IMG/VR virus record: IMGVR_UViG_3300045988_103931
Location: 1-64,000 of that record
Strand: one strand, 5' to 3'
Origin: a virus
DNA length: 64,000 nucleotides
Below, piece after piece: positions 54,518 to 63,248 of this stretch. Under the pieces are notes generated by a model. The model did no database searches and was not told the origin of the DNA. It was given only the letters and a program-made list of their open reading frames with translations. The number at the start of each line of letters is the position of its first letter. Position 1 is the first letter of the stretch. The position numbers and the translations under genes were made by a program.

Positions 54518-54922
54518 GTGATACGATTGCTATATTTTTTCGCCATAAGAAGAAAACTGCCGTCTCTCAATACCGTAATATCCAAAAACAGAACAAATAG
54601 ATATATGGGCGCAAAATTCAAAGCGGATATTGAAGAAGCTATCGGTTGGGATATTAAGCAAGCGTTGACACAACACACGTTAGAGCCTATCACAGAACCG
54701 TGTGATATATTGATAGACTTCTATGAATCCACAATCCGTAGAGACGTAGATAACATACAGAGTGCACAGAAATTCATTCTTGACGCTATGGTAAAAAACG
54801 GAGTGTTGAAAAACGATAATCGAAAATGGGTTAAACAGATATATCACGAAATCCATGATGATTCAGAAGATTGGGTTAACGTGACAATAAAATCAGCAGG
54901 AAAAATGAAAATTGTTATTTAA
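54518..54922 (+). CDS. RusA-like Holliday junction resolvase
   Basis: PSLN...RDVDNIQSAQKFILDAMVKNGVLKNDN; TTG start behind GAGGTGA. Confidence 0.6.
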   Translation: MIRLLYFFAIRRKLPSLNTVISKNRTNRYMGAKFKADIEEAIGWDIKQALTQHTLEPITEPCDILIDFYESTIRRDVDNIQSAQKFILDAMVKNGVLKNDNRKWVKQIYHEIHDDSEDWVNVTIKSAGKMKIVI

Positions 54923-54937
54923 AAGAAAGGGCTAAAC

Positions 54938-55351
54938 ATGAGAATTAAGTTGGACGAATTTGCTTTCATGCCATTAAGAGCTTACAAGAACGACGCGGGG
55001 CTTGACTTGCGTGCGCCTTATGACGTGTGGCTCGATAGAGAATCATACACCACCATAGACACTGGGGTTCATGTAGAACTGCCACAAGGAACGGTAGGGA
55101 TGTTGAAAAGCAAAAGCGGATTGAATGTAAAACATGGAATTGTAAGCGAAGGAGTTATAGATCAAGGGTACACGGGTTCTATCGTTGTGAAGCTGTACAA
55201 TCACGGCAGTTCTGCTTATAGGATTCATGCAGGAGATAAGATAACACAGCTTGTTATAGTGCCTGTTGTTATCCCAGAAGAAATTGAGGTTGTGGACACA
55301 CTCGAAACAACAGAACGAGGTAATGACGGCTTTGGCAGCACAGGAAAATGA
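54938..55351 (+). CDS. dut: dUTPase
   Basis: Motifs: AGLDL, GVIDQGYTGSI and RGNDGFGSTG. Confidence 0.85.
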   Translation: MRIKLDEFAFMPLRAYKNDAGLDLRAPYDVWLDRESYTTIDTGVHVELPQGTVGMLKSKSGLNVKHGIVSEGVIDQGYTGSIVVKLYNHGSSAYRIHAGDKITQLVIVPVVIPEEIEVVDTLETTERGNDGFGSTGK

Positions 55352-55365
55352 AAGAGGTGGCGTAA

Positions 55366-55791
55366 GTGAAACAATTGGATGAAATAATTGAATTGCGGCG
55401 TGATATAAATAGCATTATCGAACGGCTTTCGGAACTAAAACAAATGACGCAACCGAGAGTACAAACAATTACCGATATGCCCCGTGGCGGCGGTGATAGA
55501 AAAAATGTCATAGAAGAATACATAATAAAGTCGGAAAGACTAAGCAAAAAACTTGATGATAAGAAACATGAGCTTGAAAAGAAATGGACGGTTGTCAAAG
55601 ACCTTTCACAAAAAGCACAACTCACAGAAGCGCAACAGGAGATGATAAAAGCGAGGTTCTATAATGCCTTGCCGTGGAAAAAATGCGTAGAAGTCATGAA
55701 AAAATTATATCCTACAACGGTATGGTCTGAGCAAAAATTATTCCGTATGTATTATGGCGTATTATCTAAGTTTAATAAAACAAAAATATGA
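55366..55791 (+). CDS. late-gene transcriptional regulator (DUF1492 / ArpU-RinA-type, sigma region-4-like)
   Basis: It is the last gene before the packaging operon. Sequence: ITDMPRGGG...LTEAQQEMIKARFYNALPWKKCVEVM. Confidence 0.55.
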   Translation: MKQLDEIIELRRDINSIIERLSELKQMTQPRVQTITDMPRGGGDRKNVIEEYIIKSERLSKKLDDKKHELEKKWTVVKDLSQKAQLTEAQQEMIKARFYNALPWKKCVEVMKKLYPTTVWSEQKLFRMYYGVLSKFNKTKI

Positions 55792-55811
55792 AATATTGTG
55801 AAAAATAGCAA

Positions 55812-55840
55812 TAGACAAAAAGTTAATAATATGATAAAAT
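55812..55840 (+). promoter_or_regulatory. sigma-A-type promoter at the head of the late operon
   Basis: TAGACA (55812-55817), a 17-nt spacer, TAAAAT (55835-55840) with TGa (extended -10). Confidence 0.55.
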
Positions 55841-55896
55841 GTTATTGTGGAATAACAATATAAACATAATTTGTTTTTCATATTCTCTCTTTCTTG

Positions 55897-55930
55897 AACC
55901 CTGTCGAAGATATCGGCGGGGTTTTCTTAT
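55897..55930 (+). terminator. intrinsic terminator ~80 nt downstream of the late promoter
   Basis: CCCTGTCG (55899-55906), a 7-nt loop, CGGCGGGG (55914-55921; 8 bp including two G-U pairs), then TTTTCTT. Confidence 0.55.
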
Positions 55931-56005
55931 GATTATTTTTCGGTTTTAAGGGTGTTAACGCTATGAAATGTCAGGGGCGGGAGACGGTAGCGTATATAGG
56001 GGTAA

Positions 56006-56545
56006 ATGTTTGCAACAAAAAACGGCACAGGAGTGATATTGTTGCAAATAGTCAAAATAAAAGTAGAGGATTTAACACCGTATGCAAACAACACAAAAAA
56101 ACATACGGCAGAACAAATTGAGCAAATCAAAAGCAGTATAATGAAGTTCGGGAATAATGACCCGATAGCGATATCAGGGAGTGAAAACCAAATTATAGAG
56201 GGGCATGGACGGTATATCGCATTAAAAGAGTTAGGGCATAGTGAAGCGTTGTGCATTCGGTTAGACCATCTTAACGAAAGTGAACGCAAAGCCTATGCAA
56301 TTGCTCACAACAAAATCAATGCTAACACTGGTTTTGATATGGAACTGCTCAAAGAAGAAATGGAGAGTTTGCAAGACGTTGACTTTGATCTTGAACTTAC
56401 CGCTTTTGCTGATTGGGAACTTGATAACTTATTGAATCCAGTGTCTGATGAAGATTTACAGGATTTTTTTGTTGAAAAAGAACCGAAAGAAAAAGAACCA
56501 AAGAAAACAAAATGCCCATCGTGCGGCTGTGAGTTTGAATTATGA
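56006..56545 (+). CDS. ParB-N-domain protein (DpdB-like) with C-terminal zinc ribbon
   Basis: VKIKVEDLTPYANNTKKH...NDPIAIS...IIEGHGRYIALKELG...AIAHNK; C-terminal CPSCGC. Confidence 0.65.
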   Translation: MFATKNGTGVILLQIVKIKVEDLTPYANNTKKHTAEQIEQIKSSIMKFGNNDPIAISGSENQIIEGHGRYIALKELGHSEALCIRLDHLNESERKAYAIAHNKINANTGFDMELLKEEMESLQDVDFDLELTAFADWELDNLLNPVSDEDLQDFFVEKEPKEKEPKKTKCPSCGCEFEL

Positions 56546-57279
56546 AACTCTGTCTTGCAGGAACAAGCGGGGTATACGAGAGTACAAGACCGCACTTAAA
56601 ACAAGTCCCGTATTTATTGGAGAGCTTTTATTATTTTTGCCCTTTTCAGAAACCTTTAATTAAAAGTGCTGATTTGTTTTTGCTCGACAGTGGCGCATTT
56701 ACATTCATGAACGGGGCGAAAGGCAAAGTTAATTGGGATGACTACATAAACAAGTATATATCGTTCATAAACGAGAATGACGTTGAACATTATTTTGAGC
56801 TTGATATTGACGTTATTGTTGGGTATGAAGAAGTAAGGCGCATACGAACTAAAATAGAAAGAGAGACGGGGAAGAAAGCCGTTCCGGTGTGGCACAAATC
56901 AAGAGGAATGGATGAATTCAAAAGGCTTGTGAATGATTATGACTATATAGCAATCGGGGGATTTGCTATTAAGCATATCAAACGCAATGAATACCCTATT
57001 ATCAAGAGGATGGTGCAATACGCCTATGATAACGGAGTAAAAGTTCATGGTTTGGGATTCACGCCAAAAGAAGTTACACAATACAAATTTTATTCGGTCG
57101 ATAGCACAACGTGGCTGAGTTGTCGGAGGTTTGGCAGCTTGTTCGTTTATAATAACGGACAAATGAAAATGATAACGCCGAAAAACCATGGAACACGGAA
57201 AGACAAACAAAGAGAGATTGAGCTATTAACTCTCAAAGAGTGGATAAAATATCAAAAATATCTCAGTAGGAGTTGTTGA
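56542..57279 (+). CDS. dpdA: DpdA-like DNA (7-deazaguanine) transglycosylase, TGT superfamily
   Basis: LLDSGAFTF, IAIGG, VHGLGF and YSVDSTTW follow the order of TGT/DpdA TIM-barrel motifs. The context is ParB-like, QueF-like and YhhQ-like genes. Confidence 0.6.
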   Translation: MKLCLAGTSGVYESTRPHLKQVPYLLESFYYFCPFQKPLIKSADLFLLDSGAFTFMNGAKGKVNWDDYINKYISFINENDVEHYFELDIDVIVGYEEVRRIRTKIERETGKKAVPVWHKSRGMDEFKRLVNDYDYIAIGGFAIKHIKRNEYPIIKRMVQYAYDNGVKVHGLGFTPKEVTQYKFYSVDSTTWLSCRRFGSLFVYNNGQMKMITPKNHGTRKDKQREIELLTLKEWIKYQKYLSRSC

Positions 57280-57282
57280 CAT

Positions 57283-57594
57283 TTGATAGAGAACACGCAA
57301 CAAGTGAATTTGATTGAAGCAGACAAACAAATCGTTTTATACTGCCCTATCGGAAAAGATTATTATACGGCGATTGTAAACATTGAGTTTATCCCGAATG
57401 AGTATTATATGGACTACATCAAACTCGATCAATTTCTTAATAGATTGAGCGGACTGAGCCTAACAATTGAAGATGCTGCAAGAGATATTTACGATGAATT
57501 GCGGAGTTACAGACCGTCAAAAGCGAAAGTTACGATTGAAGCATTTAGCAACACTCACCTACACGTCAAGGTAACAAAGGGTGATAACATTTGA
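57283..57594 (+). CDS. QueF-like T-fold protein (divergent)
   Basis: It aligns by eye to B. subtilis QueF: LYCPIGKDYYTAIVNIEFIPNEYYMDYIKLDQFL versus [33 protein letters not shown]. The Cys is kept, but the E-S-K-S-L-K motif is changed. Confidence 0.5.
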   Translation: MIENTQQVNLIEADKQIVLYCPIGKDYYTAIVNIEFIPNEYYMDYIKLDQFLNRLSGLSLTIEDAARDIYDELRSYRPSKAKVTIEAFSNTHLHVKVTKGDNI

Positions 57595-58229
57595 GGAAGA
57601 CGCAAGAATCTTTAAATATGCTAACAATTGTATTTATCGTATCGCTTGTTATCTCAAACGTAATAACAGGCAAGGTCATTGATACTGGGATAACATTATT
57701 CGGAAATGCAGTGACGATAGCAGGAGCGGTTATCTGCTATCCAGTGTGTTATCTTATCACGGACATTGTTGGCGAGGTATGGGGCAAACGTGAAGCAAAC
57801 AAAATTGTAAGATACGGCTTTATCGGTCAGGTGATAGCAACACTCATTGTTATTATTACAACCTACACGCCGTATATCGATTCTGAAATGCAAGCGGCAT
57901 ATGTAAAGCTATTGGGGCAGAACTGGGTGTTCGTTGTGGGCAGTCTATCGGCTTACCTTGTTAGTCAGTATCTGGATGTTCACATATTCCACAAACTTAA
58001 AAGCAAGAGCAATAAACATAAATGGTTGAGAAACAACGCAAGTACAATGTTATCTCAATTTGTAGATACAGCGATTTTTATTACTATTGCTTTCGGGTTT
58101 GGGTTTGGATGGATATTCGATAATCAAATTGCATTATTTAATATGCTCATTGGGCAATACGTCATTAAGTTATTTATTGCCATTCTGGACACTCCATTCT
58201 TCTATTATTTCACAAGAGAGCGGCGTTAA
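57591..58229 (+). CDS. YhhQ/VUT-family queuosine-precursor transporter
   Basis: It is multi-TM. ITDIVGEVWGKREANKIVRYGF matches the family core. Confidence 0.65.
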   Translation: MRKTQESLNMLTIVFIVSLVISNVITGKVIDTGITLFGNAVTIAGAVICYPVCYLITDIVGEVWGKREANKIVRYGFIGQVIATLIVIITTYTPYIDSEMQAAYVKLLGQNWVFVVGSLSAYLVSQYLDVHIFHKLKSKSNKHKWLRNNASTMLSQFVDTAIFITIAFGFGFGWIFDNQIALFNMLIGQYVIKLFIAILDTPFFYYFTRERR

Positions 58230-58266
58230 TGCGTCGCTTTGAAACATTTGAACGAGGTATTATTAT

Positions 58267-59061
58267 ATGCTGTCAGATTTTGATATGATAATTCATAATT
58301 ATCAAATGAATAAGGATATGCTTATCATTCCCGTGTCAGATGTTCATTTAGGAAGCAGGGAACATTTACGCGGAGAATGGAAGAAGTTTTGCGCAGATGT
58401 ATTGAAGCAAGACAATGTATTTATCACACTCGGTGGCGATCTGATTAACAACGCTACCCGTTCAAGTGTTTCGAACATATTTGAAGAAACAATGCGTCCC
58501 TCTGAGCAGAAAAAGGAAATGGCAGAAATGCTTAAACCTTTAGCAGAAGCGGGACGCATTCTTTGTGCTGTCAGAGGTAATCACGAAAAGAGAAGTGGCA
58601 AAGACGCGGACGATGACCCTATGTATGATATTATGGCAAAACTTGATCTTGAAGATATATACAGAGAAAACGTAGCGTTTTTAAAAATCTGTATGGGAGA
58701 TAAAAACGGAGACGGCAAAACAAATCCCACATACTGTTTAGCGCTCACTCACGGCGCGGGTGGTGGCATATACACTGGCGCAGCCGTAAACAGAAATGAA
58801 CGCTTCGGAACTATAATAGACGGCATAGACGGACTTATAGTAGGGCATACACACAAGGGAGCTATAACAAAGCCGATGAAGATATTTGTTGATAAATTCA
58901 ATAACAAGATATCATACAAACAATATGTTGTTATATCTTCCGTGCCGTGGTTGCAATATGGCGGTTATGCTCTTGCCAAAATGATGATACCCGCAACGAG
59001 TGGAGAACCGCAGATAATGAAATTACATAGAAACGAGAAAAAGATAGAACTTACTTGGTAA
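58267..59061 (+). CDS. metallophosphoesterase (calcineurin-like)
   Basis: Motifs: VSDVHLG, GGDLIN, GNHE and GHTH. Confidence 0.7.
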   Translation: MLSDFDMIIHNYQMNKDMLIIPVSDVHLGSREHLRGEWKKFCADVLKQDNVFITLGGDLINNATRSSVSNIFEETMRPSEQKKEMAEMLKPLAEAGRILCAVRGNHEKRSGKDADDDPMYDIMAKLDLEDIYRENVAFLKICMGDKNGDGKTNPTYCLALTHGAGGGIYTGAAVNRNERFGTIIDGIDGLIVGHTHKGAITKPMKIFVDKFNNKISYKQYVVISSVPWLQYGGYALAKMMIPATSGEPQIMKLHRNEKKIELTW

Positions 59062-59080
59062 TAACAAAGGAGGGGAGGGC

Positions 59081-59608
59081 GTGGCAAACGATAAAACTAA
59101 ACTGACTGATAAGCAAAAGCTATTTGTACAGGAACTTATCAAGAATGGATATAATGCCACACAAGCCGCTCTTGCCGCAGGATATAGCAAATCTTCTGCT
59201 TACGCACAAGGTTCAAGGCTGCTGAAAAATGTTGAGGTTTTGAAATATAAAGATGAATTGTTGACAAGTCTACAACAACCCGCAATAGCAACGATAGAGG
59301 AAATATTACAATACTACACAAGGGTAATGCGCCGCGAGGAAAAAGAGAGTGTTGTTGTCACGATAAAAGAAAAAGTATCTGGGATGGTGCTGAACCCAGA
59401 TACGGGCAAGAGAGAACGGAAGACAGTAGAAAAAGAAAAAGCGGAGATTGTTGAAATTCCTACAAAGGTATCGGACGCAAACAAAGCTGCTGAAATGCTC
59501 GGCAAGAACTATGGTATATGGACTGATAAAGTTAATGTTGAGACAGAGGATAAGGAAATCAACATAAACATAAGGGCGGCAACACCGGAAGACATGGAAG
59601 AAGCGTGA
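59081..59608 (+). CDS. terS: terminase small subunit
   Basis: LTDKQKLFVQELIKNGYNATQAALAAGYSKSSAYAQGSRLL (Terminase_2-type HTH). Confidence 0.8.
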   Translation: MANDKTKLTDKQKLFVQELIKNGYNATQAALAAGYSKSSAYAQGSRLLKNVEVLKYKDELLTSLQQPAIATIEEILQYYTRVMRREEKESVVVTIKEKVSGMVLNPDTGKRERKTVEKEKAEIVEIPTKVSDANKAAEMLGKNYGIWTDKVNVETEDKEININIRAATPEDMEEA

Positions 59609-59615
59609 TTAAGGT

Positions 59616-60842
59616 ATGAATATATCGGTTGCAATCAATCCGGCATATATGCCGTATCTTGACAAACCGCAGTTTATGCAAATATTCTATGGCGGTTCTT
59701 CATCCGGCAAGAGTTTTTTTATATGTCAGAAAATTGTGTTAGATAACCTTGCGGGAGTTAACTGGCTTGTGTGCCGTAACGTTGGCAGAACGATACGAAA
59801 GAGCGTATACAACGAAATATGCAAAGCCATATCAAGAATGGGACTTAAAGAGTATTTCAAGGTTAATGCGTCTGATATGGTTATCACCAACAAACTGAAT
59901 GGAAAACAGATATTGTTCACTGGATTGGATGACCCCGAAAAGGTAAAGAGTATAACACCCGCTGACGGTGTGCTTGAACGTGTCTTTGTGGAAGAAGCCA
60001 CAGAGGTTAAACGTCAAGCTATTTTGCAATTAAAGAAACGTCTGCGTGGTCGATCGCCAAAAAGCAAATGTATTATTTTAGCCTTTAACCCGATACTCAA
60101 AACACATTTTATATACAAGGATTTTTTTGGCGGTTGGCAGGACGATAAAACAGTCTATGAAGATAGGGATTTGTTAATTGTCAAGACAACATACAAGGAT
60201 AACATATTCCTAACCGAAGACGATAGACGATTACTTGAAGATGAAACAGACCCATATTTCTATAACGTTTATACATTAGGAAATTGGGGCGTGCTTGGAC
60301 ACGTCATTTTCAAGAATTGGCGTGTTGAGAATATACAAGAACAGATTCCGAACTTTGATAGAGTGCATCAAGGCTGCGACTTTGGTTTTTCTGATGACCC
60401 GAACGCATTGATAAAAGTACATCTCGACAAGGCACACAAAAAGATATATGTGTATGACGAATGGTATCGAGCGGGAATGAATGACGATGAATTATTGAGG
60501 GTATGCAGAAACTTCTGTGGAAATCAATATCTCATATGCGATAGTGCAGAACCTAAAACGATAGATTTTCTTGCTGCAAACAATATTAAAGCAGTTGGAG
60601 CGGTAAAGGGAGCAGACAGCATAAACCGTGGCATACGTTGGCTGCAAAGCTATGAAATCGTAATTGATGTACATTGCCAAAATTTCAAAAATGAGATTGA
60701 GCAATACCATTGGAAAGAGGACAAATACGGCAATGCAATGGCAATACCTGTGGATGAGAACAACCACTTGATAGACGCATTAAGATATGCCTTAAATGAC
60801 GAAATACTTGCGGCAGAAGTAAAAGCAGGAAAGAGATTCTAA
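59616..60842 (+). CDS. terL: terminase large subunit (PBSX/XtmB-type)
   Basis: Walker A (YGGSSSGKS). 408 aa. It lies downstream of TerS. Confidence 0.85.
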   Translation: MNISVAINPAYMPYLDKPQFMQIFYGGSSSGKSFFICQKIVLDNLAGVNWLVCRNVGRTIRKSVYNEICKAISRMGLKEYFKVNASDMVITNKLNGKQILFTGLDDPEKVKSITPADGVLERVFVEEATEVKRQAILQLKKRLRGRSPKSKCIILAFNPILKTHFIYKDFFGGWQDDKTVYEDRDLLIVKTTYKDNIFLTEDDRRLLEDETDPYFYNVYTLGNWGVLGHVIFKNWRVENIQEQIPNFDRVHQGCDFGFSDDPNALIKVHLDKAHKKIYVYDEWYRAGMNDDELLRVCRNFCGNQYLICDSAEPKTIDFLAANNIKAVGAVKGADSINRGIRWLQSYEIVIDVHCQNFKNEIEQYHWKEDKYGNAMAIPVDENNHLIDALRYALNDEILAAEVKAGKRF

Positions 60843-60844
60843 TT

Positions 60845-60985
60845 ATGTGCAACCATATATGGAAAAAAGCATTCGAGAACTATGTGTGCGTTCGGTGCGG
60901 ACTTACCCGTTTGCCAGACGGACGCATATTTTTTGATAGGGGATTACCGAATTACAAAGCAAGTAAAAAAAGGAGAAAGAAATGA
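60845..60985 (+). CDS. small zinc-ribbon protein (46 aa)
   Basis: MCNHIWKKAFENYVCVRCG.... It makes an ATGA overlap with the next gene. Confidence 0.35.
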   Translation: MCNHIWKKAFENYVCVRCGLTRLPDGRIFFDRGLPNYKASKKRRKK

Positions 60986-61251
60986 ACGAACAAGATTTTT
61001 ACAAGATGGTAAAGAATGCTGTTGTTGAGTATGCTAACAAGCACCTTGACAAAACAGACAAAGCGCAAATTACGCCTGATGATGTGTTTATCGTTTGGAT
61101 GTGTAAAACATTACAAAACAGCAAGGCTCTTGCGTCCACTACATTGTTTGATGGTATGTACTACGAAGTGACATACAACGGGGATAAACATGAATACTAT
61201 TTTGACGCATATAAGAAGTGGGATAATTTTGCGGTTAAAATCGGTGAATGA
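60982..61251 (+). CDS. hypothetical protein
   Basis: 89 aa. Confidence 0.45.
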   Translation: MNEQDFYKMVKNAVVEYANKHLDKTDKAQITPDDVFIVWMCKTLQNSKALASTTLFDGMYYEVTYNGDKHEYYFDAYKKWDNFAVKIGE

Positions 61252-61272
61252 AATCGGTAGGGCGGTGAGAAA

Positions 61273-62751
61273 ATGACAAGAAACGAGATGGAGCTATATC
61301 CGAATTTCACAGGTGAGCTTGAAGCCATTCGCGAAACCGGAATAACAAAAGAGATTCTGCAAAAGATTATCCAAAAGCATAGACCGAACTCACTTTACAA
61401 CCGCCGTCTGTATAACAGATACAAGGCGATCTATGGCGGTGTGCCGATATTCGATAGGCAACCGCGCTATGAAGAAGAAAACCCGATCAATAATAGAATA
61501 AACAATGACTTTTTCAGTGAGATAGTAGATTTCAAAACAGGATACTTTGCAGGAGAGCCTATTTCATACAGCTACAGTGAAACGGATGAATCGGAAGAAT
61601 CCACAGGCGGTGTACAAGGTGTGGATAAAGCCGCAGAAGCATTGACCGACTTCACGACACGGAACAATATGTTCGGCATTGATATGGAAATAACAAAGAA
61701 TGCAAGTATCTATGGATACTCTGGCAGACTGTTCTATATCGACAAAGAGGGCATGGAACGGGTAATGCCTGTACCCGGTTATGAAACTATTATTCTCTCT
61801 GATACAAAGATAGCAGAGCCGGAATACGCTGTCAGGTATTATGAGGTCTCTGACATAAACGATACAAAGCAATGGATAGTAGAGTTTTACGATGATAAGA
61901 ACGTAACCACCTACAAGGGCGATTTAGGCTCTCTGGCGGAGATGGAAACACGTCCGCATATGTTTGACTATTGCCCGTTGCAAGGCATAGCAAATAACGC
62001 TGAACGCATGGGAGATGCTGAAAAGGTTCTTGAACTGATAGACGGCTATGACCGCGCTGTGTCTGACTGCTCCAACGAGATTGAAGCATTTGTTCATGCC
62101 TTGATGGTTGTCGGCGTGAATGTTGATGATGAAGTCATAACTAAAGCACAGAAAAGCGGAGTTCTTATTATTCCACAAGTTGGCTCTAATGTAGTGAATG
62201 ACCCTGTAAAGTGGGTGACGAAGAACATAGACGATGCTTTTTCCGAACACCATTTGCAACGGTTAGAGGATAACATATACAGATTCTCAAAAACGCCAAA
62301 CCTTAACAAAGACCTGTTCAGTAGTTCAAGCGGAAAAGCATTGAAATTCCGGTTGCACCAGTTGGAAACGAAAAGCGCAATGTTTGAGAGTTGCATGATG
62401 GATGCTGCTATTCATATGTGGCGTTTGCTTTCGTCCAGTTGGGCGAAAAAAGGAATCAAATTCGACCCGCTTCAAGTGGTTATGGATTTCAAGAGAAATT
62501 TCCCCACAGAGGTTTTGGAGAATGCGCAAGCTGCACAGGCTCTTATTGCCGCAGGACTGTCTAAGAAACAGGCATGGGCGATTGCTATTCCAGAAGTTGA
62601 CGATCCAGACTATGCGGAAGAAATGGCAAACGCTGAAAAGGAAGATAACATGGCGTTGTATGAAGCCGCTCAACAGGGATTTAATGATTCGGGCGATGAA
62701 CAAGATGAGCCAGACGAAAAAGACGAGCAAAAGAAGCAGGAGGGAATATGA
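61273..62751 (+). CDS. portal protein (SPP1 Gp6-like)
   Basis: 492 aa with an acidic C-terminus, positioned after TerL. Confidence 0.75.
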   Translation: MTRNEMELYPNFTGELEAIRETGITKEILQKIIQKHRPNSLYNRRLYNRYKAIYGGVPIFDRQPRYEEENPINNRINNDFFSEIVDFKTGYFAGEPISYSYSETDESEESTGGVQGVDKAAEALTDFTTRNNMFGIDMEITKNASIYGYSGRLFYIDKEGMERVMPVPGYETIILSDTKIAEPEYAVRYYEVSDINDTKQWIVEFYDDKNVTTYKGDLGSLAEMETRPHMFDYCPLQGIANNAERMGDAEKVLELIDGYDRAVSDCSNEIEAFVHALMVVGVNVDDEVITKAQKSGVLIIPQVGSNVVNDPVKWVTKNIDDAFSEHHLQRLEDNIYRFSKTPNLNKDLFSSSSGKALKFRLHQLETKSAMFESCMMDAAIHMWRLLSSSWAKKGIKFDPLQVVMDFKRNFPTEVLENAQAAQALIAAGLSKKQAWAIAIPEVDDPDYAEEMANAEKEDNMALYEAAQQGFNDSGDEQDEPDEKDEQKKQEGI

Positions 62752-62969
62752 TTAAACGCACAATTAAAGAAACTATCCGTGAGTATGACAAAGACGGCAA
62801 GGTGATTCGTGAAACAATTACAGAAACGTCGGAGTATGATAACACTGCTTACTGCCTGACTTGTCCTCATGGTCAGCCTGTCACTATAACCAATACGCCT
62901 ATACGCGATACGTCAGATTGGATAAAAGTGACTTGTACAAATTCAGCAACGACAAATTATGAACACTGA
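62748..62969 (+). CDS. hypothetical protein
   Basis: 73 aa with an ATGA overlap with the portal gene. Its last codons lie inside cassette c8. Confidence 0.45.
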   Translation: MIKRTIKETIREYDKDGKVIRETITETSEYDNTAYCLTCPHGQPVTITNTPIRDTSDWIKVTCTNSATTNYEH

Positions 62970-63032
62970 TTTACAAAGTGTTCATAAAATAACATAGAAT
63001 CCATACCGCGAAAAAGGTATAATATAATCACA
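62960..63032 (+). promoter_or_regulatory. promoter/operator cassette c8 (inside the head module)
   Basis: ATGAACACT-gatttacaa-AGTGTTCAT; ATACC-N9-GGTATAATATAATCAC. Confidence 0.55.
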
Positions 63033-63248
63033 AGGAAAAAGAACAACCCCCGAAGAAAGAACCGGGGGCGCGGATACAATCGCTGTCGTGGACGAGTTGA
63101 AAAGCACCGTCCAGCCGAAGCCGCTGAGAAATCGGGTAGGTGAGGTTGATAGTTGCACTGGCTATCACATGATATGCAGGACAACGAAGCGAATTAAAGA
63201 GCCGTAGACGGGTTGTTCTTGAATACTTGCTCATATGGAGGTGATATA
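63033..63248 (+). ncRNA. ~215-nt structured leader / candidate ncRNA downstream of c8
   Basis: Hairpins: CCCCCG/CGGGGG, TGGACG/CGTCCA, TGATAG/CTATCA and GGACAAC/GTTGTTC. There is no credible ORF before TTG 63249. Confidence 0.3.

Noticed and set aside
55800-58266. A preQ1 riboswitch near the 7-deazaguanine module, in the late leader or in the c8 leader.
   Set aside because: I found nothing resembling the compact preQ1-I hairpin with an A-rich tail (AGAGGUUC...CCCUCU..AAAAAACUAAGG), nor preQ1-II features. A covariance-model scan would be needed to be sure.
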